From positions 128,001 through 192,000 of the forward strand of contig JAYFMW010000007.1 in NCBI GenBank assembly GCA_042408215.1: a DNA stretch of 64,000 nucleotides, written 5' to 3'. Within the stretch, counting starts at the first letter, position 1. Each line of letters opens with the position of its first letter. The translations under genes were made by a program, and so were the position numbers. The notes under the pieces are model-generated. The model was not told the origin of the DNA. It did no database searches and worked only from the letters and a program-made list of their open reading frames with translations. This DNA is from Microcoleus sp. GTDB lineage: Bacteria; Cyanobacteriota; Cyanobacteriia; Cyanobacteriales; Microcoleaceae. Positions 1 through 9,438 of the stretch are shown here, piece by piece.

Positions 1-2994
1 AATTACCGTGCCGTTTACTGGACCCTGGACGCTAATTGTCAGAGGGTCGCCTTCTACATCTGTGGCAAGATTGTCTAATGAAATAGTTGTCTCTAATTCT
101 GTGTAAGTCCGAGCGTTTGTCGGTAAAACAACGGGCGGATTGTTGTCAGAATTCGGGGGATTGGCTTCGGCGAGCAATTGTTGTCCTAGGGGAGTATTGC
201 GCCACTCTCTGTCAGGATTGATGACTGTATCTAGCAGCGGTGCGTTTCCTGTTGCGCCACTAATTTTAAAGATTAGGTCATTGTAGTCGCTGTCAGAGTT
301 AGGAGGCGACATATCTTCCAGGGCAAAGGTGTTGCCGCTGCCGGTAATGTCGGCTATTTGTAGCAGATGAGCGGTATCGTTGGGATTGGCTGTGGCGATA
401 CTGAATAAGGGGCGGTTTTCGGGGAACAAATTTCCCGAATATGAGGATTGGAAGGATGATTGTATTGTAGCGTTGGGGACTAACATGACGGCAAAGGTGT
501 CGCCTGGTAGCATGGAGAAAGTTTTGATACCCTGATATTCGCCGCTGCCCCAATCCCCGTCGAAGGGCATCGCACCGGTGAATTTTGCTCCTTCTGTACT
601 GTCGCTGATGACAATATGTCCGTCGGTGGAATTGCTTAAAACTCTACGGGATGCTTCGGCGATAAATTCTGGAGTTCCGGGTGTGAATGCGGACATTCCC
701 GCAAGGCTGAAAATGCCGACTTCGCCTTGAAAGTAGCCGCCGTCAAACTGATAGTCAAATTTGACTTGTCCTTGGTCATCTACAAGGAAAGTGCCACTGG
801 GTGAATTGGCTGCTGCTGTTATTGAGAGATTTGTTGGGGAATTGGTATTGGTTTGGAAGTCGCCTGTACGCTGTGTTGAATTGGGTTGAGTGTCTGCAAT
901 ATTGTCTGAAAATTGAGCAGAGTTTTCGGTCGCTGATGGCTGCAAACCGCTTGTTATATCTGCGGATTTTGGCGCAATTTCGGTATCGGAATACGCGGGT
1001 AGGACGGCGACAGTTTCTGTGGGATTTGAATGGCTATTATGATTTTTTGAATTGGGTTCTGGTTCGAGAGAATTAACAGCAACTGGCAGGGTTTTCTCGG
1101 TTTCTAATTCGGCTGCTGTGAAGGAAACAACGATGTCCCGTTCGATTGTATCAGCAGTGAATTCTGCTGGTTTTAGCAAATCGGTTTTTGTTGGCAATTG
1201 TTCGGTTTCAAGTTCTCCTGTTATTTCAGCGACCGGGATGTCCAGAACCACCGTGCCAGAATTGATTTCTGCGGTAATAATCGACTCGTTTTTTGTGGGC
1301 AATTCTTCGGCTGTGGTAGAAACATTGGAGTGGGTTTCTTTTGGTGATTGTTCGCCCACATTAGAGCTGAGTAAGTCTGTTTTTGCAGGAGAATTTTCTG
1401 CAAGTGGAGCGATAATTGACTCTGTTTCTGCGGGAGGTTTAGAAATGCTTGCAGTTACAGTTGTGTCGGTTTTGATTAATTCAGCATCTGCTGATAGACT
1501 GACAATAGATTCTGTTTTAACTGGCTGTTTAATTTCCGAAAGTGAGTCAGTATTGTTCGGAGTTTTTTCTGGGGTTTTAACTGCTGCTGTTGCTGTCGTC
1601 ACCGCTACATTTTCACTGGCTGCTGTTTTTGGTGTTGCAGCAGGTTCGGTTTTTAATGGGTCTATTTTTCCTGAATCATTCGGTTTGTCAGTTAAAGATT
1701 GAGTAGCGGTTTGTACTGGATTTTTTAAATCTGTTGATTTGACTTCTTCTCTGATATTAACGTCAGGTGAAACTGGGTTAGATGTGGCCAGAATTAATGG
1801 GGCTGTTGCGGGCTGTGTTGTTGGTTGTTGAGAATTTGAAGTGGGTTTTTCGGTCGCTATTGCATCGACTGTTGGCGATTGTTTTTCGGAATCTATCTTG
1901 TCATCAGTTTTGGTAACTGGCGACTGTTTGTCTGTAGAGGTTTTATCAGTCGAGGGTATGTTTGGGCTAGCTGCAACTGTTTGGGTTGAATTTGTTACTG
2001 CAATTTTATCGGATTCTTCTGATGAATTTGTACTGCGCTCTGGTATTATGGTTGATACAGTTGCAGGTGCTGTTTTGTTCGGTTCTAATTTATCAGTCGG
2101 TGATACAGTTGCGGGTGCTGTTTTATTTGGTTCTAATTTATCAGTCGGTGATACAGTTACAGGTACTGTTTTATTTGGTTCTAATTTATCAGTCGGTGAT
2201 ACAGTTACAGGTACTGTTTTATTTGGTTCTAATTTATCAGTCGGTGATACAGTTACAGGTACTGTTTTATTTGGTTCTAGTTTATCAGTCGGTGATACAG
2301 TTGCGGGTACTGTTTTGTTCGGTTCTAGTTTATCAGTCGGTGATACAGTTGCGGGTACTGTTTTGTTCGGTTCTAGTTTATCAGTCGGTAATACAGTTGC
2401 AGGTGCTGTTTTGTTCGGTTCTAGTTTATCAGTCGGTAATACAGTTGCAGGTGCTGTTTTGTTGGGTTCTGACTCGCTTTTTAGTGTAGCCTCTGAGGAT
2501 AAGGGTGTTTTTTTATCTTCGGGTTTTGAACTCGTTTCAGCGGTTGCGGGTAATGGTGTTTTGGGAGCAGCTTTTTCGCTTGTTGTGGATGTAGTTACAA
2601 CGGGTGAGATTATTCGATTCGGGTTGGTCAGGGGGTCTCCTAAATCCGAGTCGAGTTTACCAATTAGGGGGTCAATTTCAGAAGTTGTTGCATCCCTGGA
2701 GTAGCTGTTAGTTTTGGGATCGCTGGTTTGAGCAGAAGGTATGCTGTTAAAAGCGGAGGCTTTATTAATAATCAAAGCATCAGCCTTTGCTGCACTAAAT
2801 TCGTCTTTGGGCTGCGAAGCGGTTTCTATTAAGTTAGGTTGTTGGGAGTTTTCGGATTCGCCCGGAGTTTGATATAAGAAAGGTTTTGAGGTTTTAATTC
2901 CCGGCAGGAGCGCGGGCTTTGTCGGGGCTAGTCCGGGAATTAAGGATTCCAGTTCTTCTATTAAAGGTTCTCCAATCGGGTCTGTTAAAGGCAC
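1..2994 (-). CDS. Large surface/extracellular protein (partial, runs off window start): long Thr/Pro/Ser-rich N-terminus, DUF4114-like domain, start of cadherin/Ig-like repeats
   Basis: Absent from the ORF track. Segments translated by hand are all in one minus frame: GTG at 2994 after AGGAG, NSDSDYNDLIFKISGATG near 241-300, DVEGDPLTISVQGPVNGTVI at 1-60. Confidence 0.8.
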   Translation of the reverse strand, partial: MPLTDPIGEPLIEELESLIPGLAPTKPALLPGIKTSKPFLYQTPGESENSQQPNLIETASQPKDEFSAAKADALIINKASAFNSIPSAQTSDPKTNSYSRDATTSEIDPLIGKLDSDLGDPLTNPNRIISPVVTTSTTSEKAAPKTPLPATAETSSKPEDKKTPLSSEATLKSESEPNKTAPATVLPTDKLEPNKTAPATVLPTDKLEPNKTVPATVSPTDKLEPNKTVPATVSPTDKLEPNKTVPVTVSPTDKLEPNKTVPVTVSPTDKLEPNKTVPVTVSPTDKLEPNKTAPATVSPTDKLEPNKTAPATVSTIIPERSTNSSEESDKIAVTNSTQTVAASPNIPSTDKTSTDKQSPVTKTDDKIDSEKQSPTVDAIATEKPTSNSQQPTTQPATAPLILATSNPVSPDVNIREEVKSTDLKNPVQTATQSLTDKPNDSGKIDPLKTEPAATPKTAASENVAVTTATAAVKTPEKTPNNTDSLSEIKQPVKTESIVSLSADAELIKTDTTVTASISKPPAETESIIAPLAENSPAKTDLLSSNVGEQSPKETHSNVSTTAEELPTKNESIITAEINSGTVVLDIPVAEITGELETEQLPTKTDLLKPAEFTADTIERDIVVSFTAAELETEKTLPVAVNSLEPEPNSKNHNSHSNPTETVAVLPAYSDTEIAPKSADITSGLQPSATENSAQFSDNIADTQPNSTQRTGDFQTNTNSPTNLSITAAANSPSGTFLVDDQGQVKFDYQFDGGYFQGEVGIFSLAGMSAFTPGTPEFIAEASRRVLSNSTDGHIVISDSTEGAKFTGAMPFDGDWGSGEYQGIKTFSMLPGDTFAVMLVPNATIQSSFQSSYSGNLFPENRPLFSIATANPNDTAHLLQIADITGSGNTFALEDMSPPNSDSDYNDLIFKISGATGNAPLLDTVINPDREWRNTPLGQQLLAEANPPNSDNNPPVVLPTNARTYTELETTISLDNLATDVEGDPLTISVQGPVNGTVI
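2050..2470 (-). repeat. 48-bp coding tandem repeat, about 9 copies (DKLEPNKTAPATVSPT)
   Basis: Recurrent tcagtcggtgatacagtt..ggt.ctgtttt.tt.ggttcta.tt unit. Confidence 0.95.
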
Positions 2995-3471
2995 TCTTGG
3001 CACTCCTGATTTGAGGGTTAATTTATTTTTAATTCATTATCTAGCGGTTAATAATTTTTATTATAGGTTGAATTCGATTTTAAACAAATTAGTGAAAGTA
3101 CAGAATTTTTGAGTTTTTTAGACTGTTGCTAGTCAGTTAAATCTATGTATATTTACTGAGAGTTCTTTAATTTCTGCTAAATCTTTATGAAAATAACTGT
3201 TTTCACGTAGGAAAATACTTCAATCATGTTGGAAAATACTTAAATTAACTCATCCACCGCCACGTCGCTTCCCGATCGCCCGTTTCCTCTAGCTCTGGAA
3301 TTCCTTCGATGTCGAAATGAGTTAGCTGTTACGCATTTAAACCACTAACGAAGTCTGTAGGGTGCCACGGGTCGTAGGCGTAAGCCGGGGCGCAGCCATC
3401 GCTTATTATACAAGGGAAACGCTGGGGGCTGACGCACCCTACAATTTTAAAGGTGCGATCGCCCATTCAAA

Positions 3472-5208
3472 CTAAAACCCCAGATCCATCTTAGCAGCTT
3501 CAGCCTCTGCAAATACATCTGCGTCGGGCATTTCTTGCCAATCAATATCACCAATTTCCCTATAAAATTGTTCATCATAAGGGCGAGTTTGCACAACCAC
3601 CGGCATCGGTACCGCGTGCCCCAAAACTAATGCTTGCTGTTTGGAATCTAGTTTAGCCAAAACCGATCGCAAACTTTGGCCTCCCGAAACACCAGTAAAG
3701 ATAGCATCAATGTCCTTATCGTCGTTGAGTAAAGCCGTGATGCGAGTGCCCACTTGCGACATGACTTCGCCGTCGATACCGGAGGGGCGTTGGTCTACAA
3801 TTAACAGGGTTACGAAGTATTTTCGCATTTCTCTGGCGATCGTACCGAAAATGGTCGATCGCACGATCGCCGGATCGAGAAAACGGTGAGCTTCCTCAAT
3901 GGTAATCACTAAGGGTTGCGGGCGATCGCAGGGATTTTTACTCTGCAAAAAATTCTCAGCTTTCCGCACATAAGCTTGGTGAATGCGGCGAGTAATCACG
4001 TTGGCTGCTAACATATAAGACAGCAAATCCGAGTGCGAACCAAACTCAATTACCACATTTTTGCCACCATCCAAACACTGCAAAACTTCAGTTACATAAT
4101 TTTTGGGACAGCGTTTGCGAATGTATTTTAAATCGTTTAATCGCTCTAGTTTTCGCTGCAAAGCCATAATCGAAGACTTATTTCCCCGCTTCTCTTCGCA
4201 AAACATTGAAATATCTTCATTGCTCATTTCCAGCAACTTATTGATCCAACCACTGCCCAACTCGTTTCGCAAAATAATCGCATTTTCGATACTAGCTTCC
4301 GACAGATTTAACTCCCGCTGGACCAGTGCTATGTCTTCCACTTCTATTTGGTCAAAACTCAGAAACAATTCTTGAGCGTCGCGGACACCTCGGCGTTTTG
4401 TCGATGCTGGATCGAGGGTATAAATCTGAATTTGACTGGGAAATAACTGCCGTAAACCTTTAACAGTGCTAAATTGTTTCCCTTCCGAAACCGCTTCCCA
4501 GCCGTACTCCGAGTGCATATCAAAAATTAAATTAACCGCAGCTTGTTTGCGAATAATTCCCGACAATAACAACCGCGTGAGAAAAGATTTTCCGGTTCCA
4601 GATTTGCCAAAAATTCCGTTGCTGCGTTCGACAAATCTATCTAAATCTAAGCATACAGGAACGTCCATGTCAATAGGTTTGCCGATCGCAAAATTGCGGC
4701 GGTACGGGTCATCTTCCCAGCCAAAAACTGCCCGAAAGTCGGTTTCTTTGGCATCAAATACCTGGGAAAAGTGGCTGGGAATGGTTTTAACTGGCAATAG
4801 TTCAATGTCAGCGCTGCTTTGTGGTTGTAGAGAAGCTAAGTTTTCGGCGCTGGATTTTTTACCGTTAGTTTTGTTGGAGTTGGGAGCGAAAATTGCCTGT
4901 TGTTTTTCTCGTTCCGCAGTCAGCATCAACATCGGCGCTAGTTCAATTGTACCGTAGGTGCTGCTACCTGCGAGCACTGCAATCATAAAATCGTCGTTGG
5001 GGTTGGGAGGATTTGATAAAATGCGATCGCTAGAGGTTCCTAGAGACACGTCGGTGAGCATACAGAAAAAGTGCGATCGGACCCCGCGCACTACTAAAAA
5101 TTTCCCTACTCTCATATCTTCTACCGAAACGTCGGCGTGCAGTCGCACTTCTAATCCCTTGCTGAGGGAACCTTGAATAACAGAGCCTAAAGGTTTGTCA
5201 GTTGTCAT
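3472..5208 (-). CDS. HerA-like ATPase (HAS-barrel plus DUF87 P-loop domain)
   Basis: GKSGTGKS Walker A, IFDMHSEYG, IEEAHRF, AREMRKY, DQRPS motifs. Confidence 0.9.
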   Translation of the reverse strand: MTTDKPLGSVIQGSLSKGLEVRLHADVSVEDMRVGKFLVVRGVRSHFFCMLTDVSLGTSSDRILSNPPNPNDDFMIAVLAGSSTYGTIELAPMLMLTAEREKQQAIFAPNSNKTNGKKSSAENLASLQPQSSADIELLPVKTIPSHFSQVFDAKETDFRAVFGWEDDPYRRNFAIGKPIDMDVPVCLDLDRFVERSNGIFGKSGTGKSFLTRLLLSGIIRKQAAVNLIFDMHSEYGWEAVSEGKQFSTVKGLRQLFPSQIQIYTLDPASTKRRGVRDAQELFLSFDQIEVEDIALVQRELNLSEASIENAIILRNELGSGWINKLLEMSNEDISMFCEEKRGNKSSIMALQRKLERLNDLKYIRKRCPKNYVTEVLQCLDGGKNVVIEFGSHSDLLSYMLAANVITRRIHQAYVRKAENFLQSKNPCDRPQPLVITIEEAHRFLDPAIVRSTIFGTIAREMRKYFVTLLIVDQRPSGIDGEVMSQVGTRITALLNDDKDIDAIFTGVSGGQSLRSVLAKLDSKQQALVLGHAVPMPVVVQTRPYDEQFYREIGDIDWQEMPDADVFAEAEAAKMDLGF

Positions 5209-5273
5209 TTTTTAGATGTTGAACGAAGAGGGAAGTTCGGCAACGGATTTTGTAACGGATTTAACGGATGTAA

Positions 5274-5405
5274 CTCACATCTTGCATCATTCTCAAGAAT
5301 TTGTAGGGGCGGGTTCACCAATAGCCTTAAAGGCTGGAAACAGCTTAAATAAACCCGCCCCCACCCACGAAAAAGCCCCTTATTGACATTGGTGCAAGAT
5401 GTGAG
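5274..5405. mobile_element. 132-bp MITE with TIR CTCACATCTTGCA and 6-bp TSD ATGTAA
   Basis: atgtaa|ctcacatcttgcatca ... tggtgcaagatgtgag|atgtaa; internal gtaggggcgggtt..aacccgcccc pair. Confidence 0.8.
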
Positions 5406-5445
5406 ATGTAACGGATTTTAGTCAGAAGGAAGTTCGGCAATGCCC

Positions 5446-5652
5446 TTCTTTGTGTCAAATTAACGCCAAACCTTGAGTCTATCTTGTTTGTATCAAAATC
5501 TAGATCCCCCCTAACCCCCCTTAATCAGGGGAGTAGGGGGTGGGACAAGAAATATGCTCAAAGTCCCCCTTATTAAGGGGGATTTAGGGGGATCTAGACT
5601 TCGCCTAAAAGCGACATTTATTATGGGTTTCAGTCTTAAGTTGACACCAATG
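5446..5652. mobile_element. MITE of the GTGTCAACTTAAG family (degenerate left end)
   Basis: tgtgtcaaattaacg ... cttaagttgacaccaatg around a cccccct..aggggg core. Confidence 0.7.
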
Positions 5653-5770
5653 CTATAAGGCCCGATGCCCGATGCTATAAGGCCCGATGCCCAATGCTAT
5701 AAGGCCCAAATGCTATAAGGCCCAAATGCTATAAGGCCCGATTACCAATTACCCATTACCAATTACCCAT
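5652..5770. repeat. Short tandem repeats (gctataaggccc-containing units; attaccc/attacca heptamers)
   Basis: Direct reading. Confidence 0.85.
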
Positions 5771-7209
5771 TACCATTCCGATTCCAGTGGCATTTCAAAG
5801 AAACTCGGACTCAGCTCTAGATCGGTCAAATCCGTTTCGCTCAAATAAGCATCAGTCAAAAAAACTAGCTTAAAATTTGCCCCTTTCAGGTTGGCACCTT
5901 TAAGATTAGCACCTCTAAGATTAACTCGAAATAAATGAGCATCGCTCAAATCTACCTCAGTCAAATCCGCTCCTTCTAAATTGACCCTCATTAAATCTGC
6001 TTTTCTGAGGTCGGCTGCGTTTAACTTAGCACCGCTGAGGTCAGCTTTTGTTAAGTCTACACCTCTCAAGTCGGCTCCGCTTAAATTAGCTAACAACAAA
6101 GTAGCCCCGGTTAAATCAGTCCCTCTCAAATCGGCCTCGCTCAAATTAGCGCCGCTGAGGTCAGCCCTTGTTAAGTCTACACCCCGGAGGTCGGCAGAGC
6201 TCAAGTTTACTTGGTGTAAAATTGCGCCACTTAAATCCGCTCCTCTCAAATCTGTTCCCTCCAAGTTTGCACCTTTGAGGTAAGCTTTTTTTAAGCTGGC
6301 TCTGCTGAGGTCTACATTTTTTAAGTTGACCGAACTTAAGTTAGAACCGCTCAAATTAGCTCCGCTTAAATCCGATCCGTTCAAGTCGGCTCCGGTTAAG
6401 TTTACCCCTTGCAGCGATACATTGGGAGCAATTAAATAAGCTCCGGCTAGGCTGGGGTCAATGCCTTCTGAAAATAATGTTTTGTTGCTGTAAACAGCTT
6501 TTTCTAAGATGGTGCCGCTCAAACTGGCTTCCCTCAAATCCGTGCCGCTGAGGTTGGCTCCTGCTAGGTTGGCCCGATCGAGTTTTGCTCCAAATAGAAT
6601 GGCTTTACATAAGTTTGTCCGCCGTAGGTCAGCTCCTTTTAAATCGGCTCCTGTTAAATCTACCATCATCAGATTTAATCCTGGGAGCGACGCATTGGGA
6701 GCTAGTAAAATTGCTCCCATTGCAGCGGGGTCAATACGATCGGGAAAGACTGTTCGGTTGTTGTAAACAGCTTTGTCTAAAATGACCCCGGTCAACTGGG
6801 AACCCCGCAAATCTGCCCCGCTCAGGTTGGCTCTGGTTAAGTTGGCTTCAGCTAGATTTGCTCCCACTAAATTGGCCTTGATCAAACTTGCTTGTTTGAG
6901 GTTGGCTTCTGTGAGTTCTGCTCCTACGAGAGTAGCTTCTCTAAGCACTGCGCCGGTCAAATCGGCTCTGGTGAGGTTGGCTAAATTGAGAAATGACTCG
7001 GCTAAATCCGCTCCGCACAGATTGGCTCCGGTGAGGTCTGCTTCTATGAGGTCTGCATACCTGAGAATAGCGTCACTGAGGTTGGTTTCTCTGAGGTCGC
7101 TGCCTCTGAGGTTGGCTCCCCTGAGTTCCGCACCGCTGAGGTTGGCGCCTTTGAGGGCCTGTCCCCTGAGGTCGAGCCTGTGGAGAAAGTCACCAACGTT
7201 CATTTCCAT
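5770..7209 (-). CDS. Pentapeptide repeat protein
   Basis: A(D/N)LxG repeats throughout, with two AVYxNxTxFxxxIDP linkers. Confidence 0.95.
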   Translation of the reverse strand: MEMNVGDFLHRLDLRGQALKGANLSGAELRGANLRGSDLRETNLSDAILRYADLIEADLTGANLCGADLAESFLNLANLTRADLTGAVLREATLVGAELTEANLKQASLIKANLVGANLAEANLTRANLSGADLRGSQLTGVILDKAVYNNRTVFPDRIDPAAMGAILLAPNASLPGLNLMMVDLTGADLKGADLRRTNLCKAILFGAKLDRANLAGANLSGTDLREASLSGTILEKAVYSNKTLFSEGIDPSLAGAYLIAPNVSLQGVNLTGADLNGSDLSGANLSGSNLSSVNLKNVDLSRASLKKAYLKGANLEGTDLRGADLSGAILHQVNLSSADLRGVDLTRADLSGANLSEADLRGTDLTGATLLLANLSGADLRGVDLTKADLSGAKLNAADLRKADLMRVNLEGADLTEVDLSDAHLFRVNLRGANLKGANLKGANFKLVFLTDAYLSETDLTDLELSPSFFEMPLESEW

Positions 7210-7255
7210 GTGAATTCGCCCTCTATTCCTGAACCTAGCTTGACATTTCGATGGC

Positions 7256-9046
7256 TTAATCGGGAATAGGTGTAAAACTGTAGATTTTTTGAGGTTCGAG
7301 CCGATCGCAAATTCCGACTAATTCCGACCAAGGGAATGGATCGCGATCGAGCTGCACTTGCAGGATTTTGAGCGGATCGGCACCGGAGGAAACCATTAAT
7401 TCTAATTTTTGTAAATCCGGCCAGGTGCCGATTTCGCCGAGAATTTGGGCGATCGCCTTGACATAAGGATGGTTTGGTTCTTTGTACCAGTCGGGGGCTG
7501 CAAGTCCAGCTTGGTCGAAGCCGAGGTGAACGATTAAGGAGTTTTGTCCGAACAGAGCTATTCCCACCGGCCTCGCTTCTTCTTGCAGTAATAAATGTTG
7601 GCTTGCAGCCAAATGCCGCAGTTTTTCCAAGTGTTCGTACCGATTGGCAATTCGAGATTGCAGTCCCGGAATTAAAACCTCTTCTGCTTCTTCCTTCTTC
7701 CCTGTTTGTCCCCTGAGCGTATTCGAAGGGCCTTCTTCCTTCTTCCCTCTGGATTCTTCCTTCGTTTCGTCCCATTGAATCGCCACTGTTACTAAATAAG
7801 TTTGCAGCAGCATATGACCGAGTTTTGCAGCTTTTGTTGCCAGATAGATAGAGTTATCATCTGTGGCTTCAATTAATAAGGGGACGCGATCGACTACTTC
7901 AATTCCGTAACCTTTCAACCCGGCGATTTTGCGCGGGTTATTGGTAATTAATCGGATTTTTTGCACTCCCAAATCGTTGAGCATTTGCGCTCCGACGCCG
8001 TAGTTCCGCAAGTCGGCGGGAAAGCCCAAGCGCTCGTTTGCTTCTACGGTATCGAATCCGATATCTTGCAGGGAGTAAGCTTTGAGTTTATTAACCAGTC
8101 CAATTCCCCGACCTTCTTGGCGCAAGTAAACTATGATGCCAGAACCGACATTTTCGATCATTTTCAGTGCTGCTTGCAGTTGCATCCGACAGTCGCAGCG
8201 CAGGGAACCCAAAGCATCGCCCGTCAAGCATTCGGAATGCACCCGCACCATGACGGGTTTGTCTTTAAATTCTGCTGGATCGCCCTTGACAACGGCAACG
8301 TGTTCGGAGTTGTCTTGAGTGTCGCGGTAGGCGTAAATCATAAACTCGCCGAATTGAGTTGGCAATTTGGCGACGGTTTCGCGGCGGACAAATCGATCGT
8401 GCTTCAGTCGGTAGCTAATTAAATCAGCAATGCTGATGATTTTGAGGTTGTGAGTTTTAGCGTACTCGATTAATTGCGGCAACCTCGCCATTGAACCGTC
8501 GGGGTTTTGAATTTCGCAGATGACACCGCTGGGATACAGCCCCGCGAGTCTAGCGAGGTCAACTGACGCTTCGGTGTGGCCGGCGCGTTTGAGGACGCCG
8601 CCATCGATCGCCCGCAAGGGAAAAATGTGACCGGGGCGGCGCAAGTCTTGAGGTTTGGTGTCCGGGTGGATGGAAACTTGGATGGTGCGGGCCCGGTCTT
8701 CGGCGGAGATACCGGTGCTGACACCGTTGACAGCATCGATGCTGACGGTGAAGGCGGTTTGATTGTTGTCAGTATTTTTACTTACCATGAGGGGTAATTC
8801 GAGTCGATCGAGCCGATCGCCCGTCAAGGCCAGACAAATCAAACCCCGCGCGTTCACGGCCATAAAATTGATGTTGTCCGGCGTGGCGAATTGGGCGGCA
8901 CAAATGACGTCGCCTTCGTTTTCGCGGTTTTCGTCATCGACTACTACCAGGATGCGACCTGCTTTGAGGTCTGCGAGGGCGCTGTCGATCGAGTCAAATT
9001 GAAAGGATTGTGTTGAGGTGTTGTTATTGGGCACTGAGAAGTTCAA
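7256..9046 (-). CDS. ribBA: Bifunctional DHBP synthase / GTP cyclohydrolase II
   Basis: VVVDDENRENEGD, RPGHIFPL, RAGHTEA, VRVHSECLTGD, CDCRMQL, RQEGRGIGL. Confidence 0.97.
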   Translation of the reverse strand: MNFSVPNNNTSTQSFQFDSIDSALADLKAGRILVVVDDENRENEGDVICAAQFATPDNINFMAVNARGLICLALTGDRLDRLELPLMVSKNTDNNQTAFTVSIDAVNGVSTGISAEDRARTIQVSIHPDTKPQDLRRPGHIFPLRAIDGGVLKRAGHTEASVDLARLAGLYPSGVICEIQNPDGSMARLPQLIEYAKTHNLKIISIADLISYRLKHDRFVRRETVAKLPTQFGEFMIYAYRDTQDNSEHVAVVKGDPAEFKDKPVMVRVHSECLTGDALGSLRCDCRMQLQAALKMIENVGSGIIVYLRQEGRGIGLVNKLKAYSLQDIGFDTVEANERLGFPADLRNYGVGAQMLNDLGVQKIRLITNNPRKIAGLKGYGIEVVDRVPLLIEATDDNSIYLATKAAKLGHMLLQTYLVTVAIQWDETKEESRGKKEEGPSNTLRGQTGKKEEAEEVLIPGLQSRIANRYEHLEKLRHLAASQHLLLQEEARPVGIALFGQNSLIVHLGFDQAGLAAPDWYKEPNHPYVKAIAQILGEIGTWPDLQKLELMVSSGADPLKILQVQLDRDPFPWSELVGICDRLEPQKIYSFTPIPD

Positions 9047-9438
9047 GCTATAAACAGTATTGTTATGGAAATAGAATCTATTTTTAATTGTAACCTTTTG
9101 TTTCGGGCACGGACCTGCGATCGAGATCGGTTTGTCACTATTTCTGACCTTGCCTACTATAAATATTGCAATTTGTCAACCTAAAATTACCCGAATATTT
9201 AATGAGCTTAGCTGATATTACAAAGATTTTAGGCAAACTGTACAATCAAGATTCTAATTAAACAATCATAATCTTGATTGTTTGCAGACCATGTGCGATC
9301 GGGCCAAAGCAATTTTGAAATTAGGGCGGATTAGTGCGAGATTGCGACTAATCGAGTAGATGATTTTTTGAGTCAGGCTGACATTTAAAAGCTCCGCCCG
9401 GTGGGACAATATTAATATCCCCTCAAATTATCCCAACC

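Noticed and set aside
801..2704. Plus-strand ORFs of 91-287 aa
   Set aside because: Antisense shadows of the long minus-strand gene
3472..5208. HerA as a defence system (Sir2-HerA or similar)
   Set aside because: No effector partner adjacent; looks like the ordinary cyanobacterial HAS-barrel ATPase
5981..7213. Plus-strand ORFs over the pentapeptide gene
   Set aside because: Antisense shadows of repetitive coding sequence
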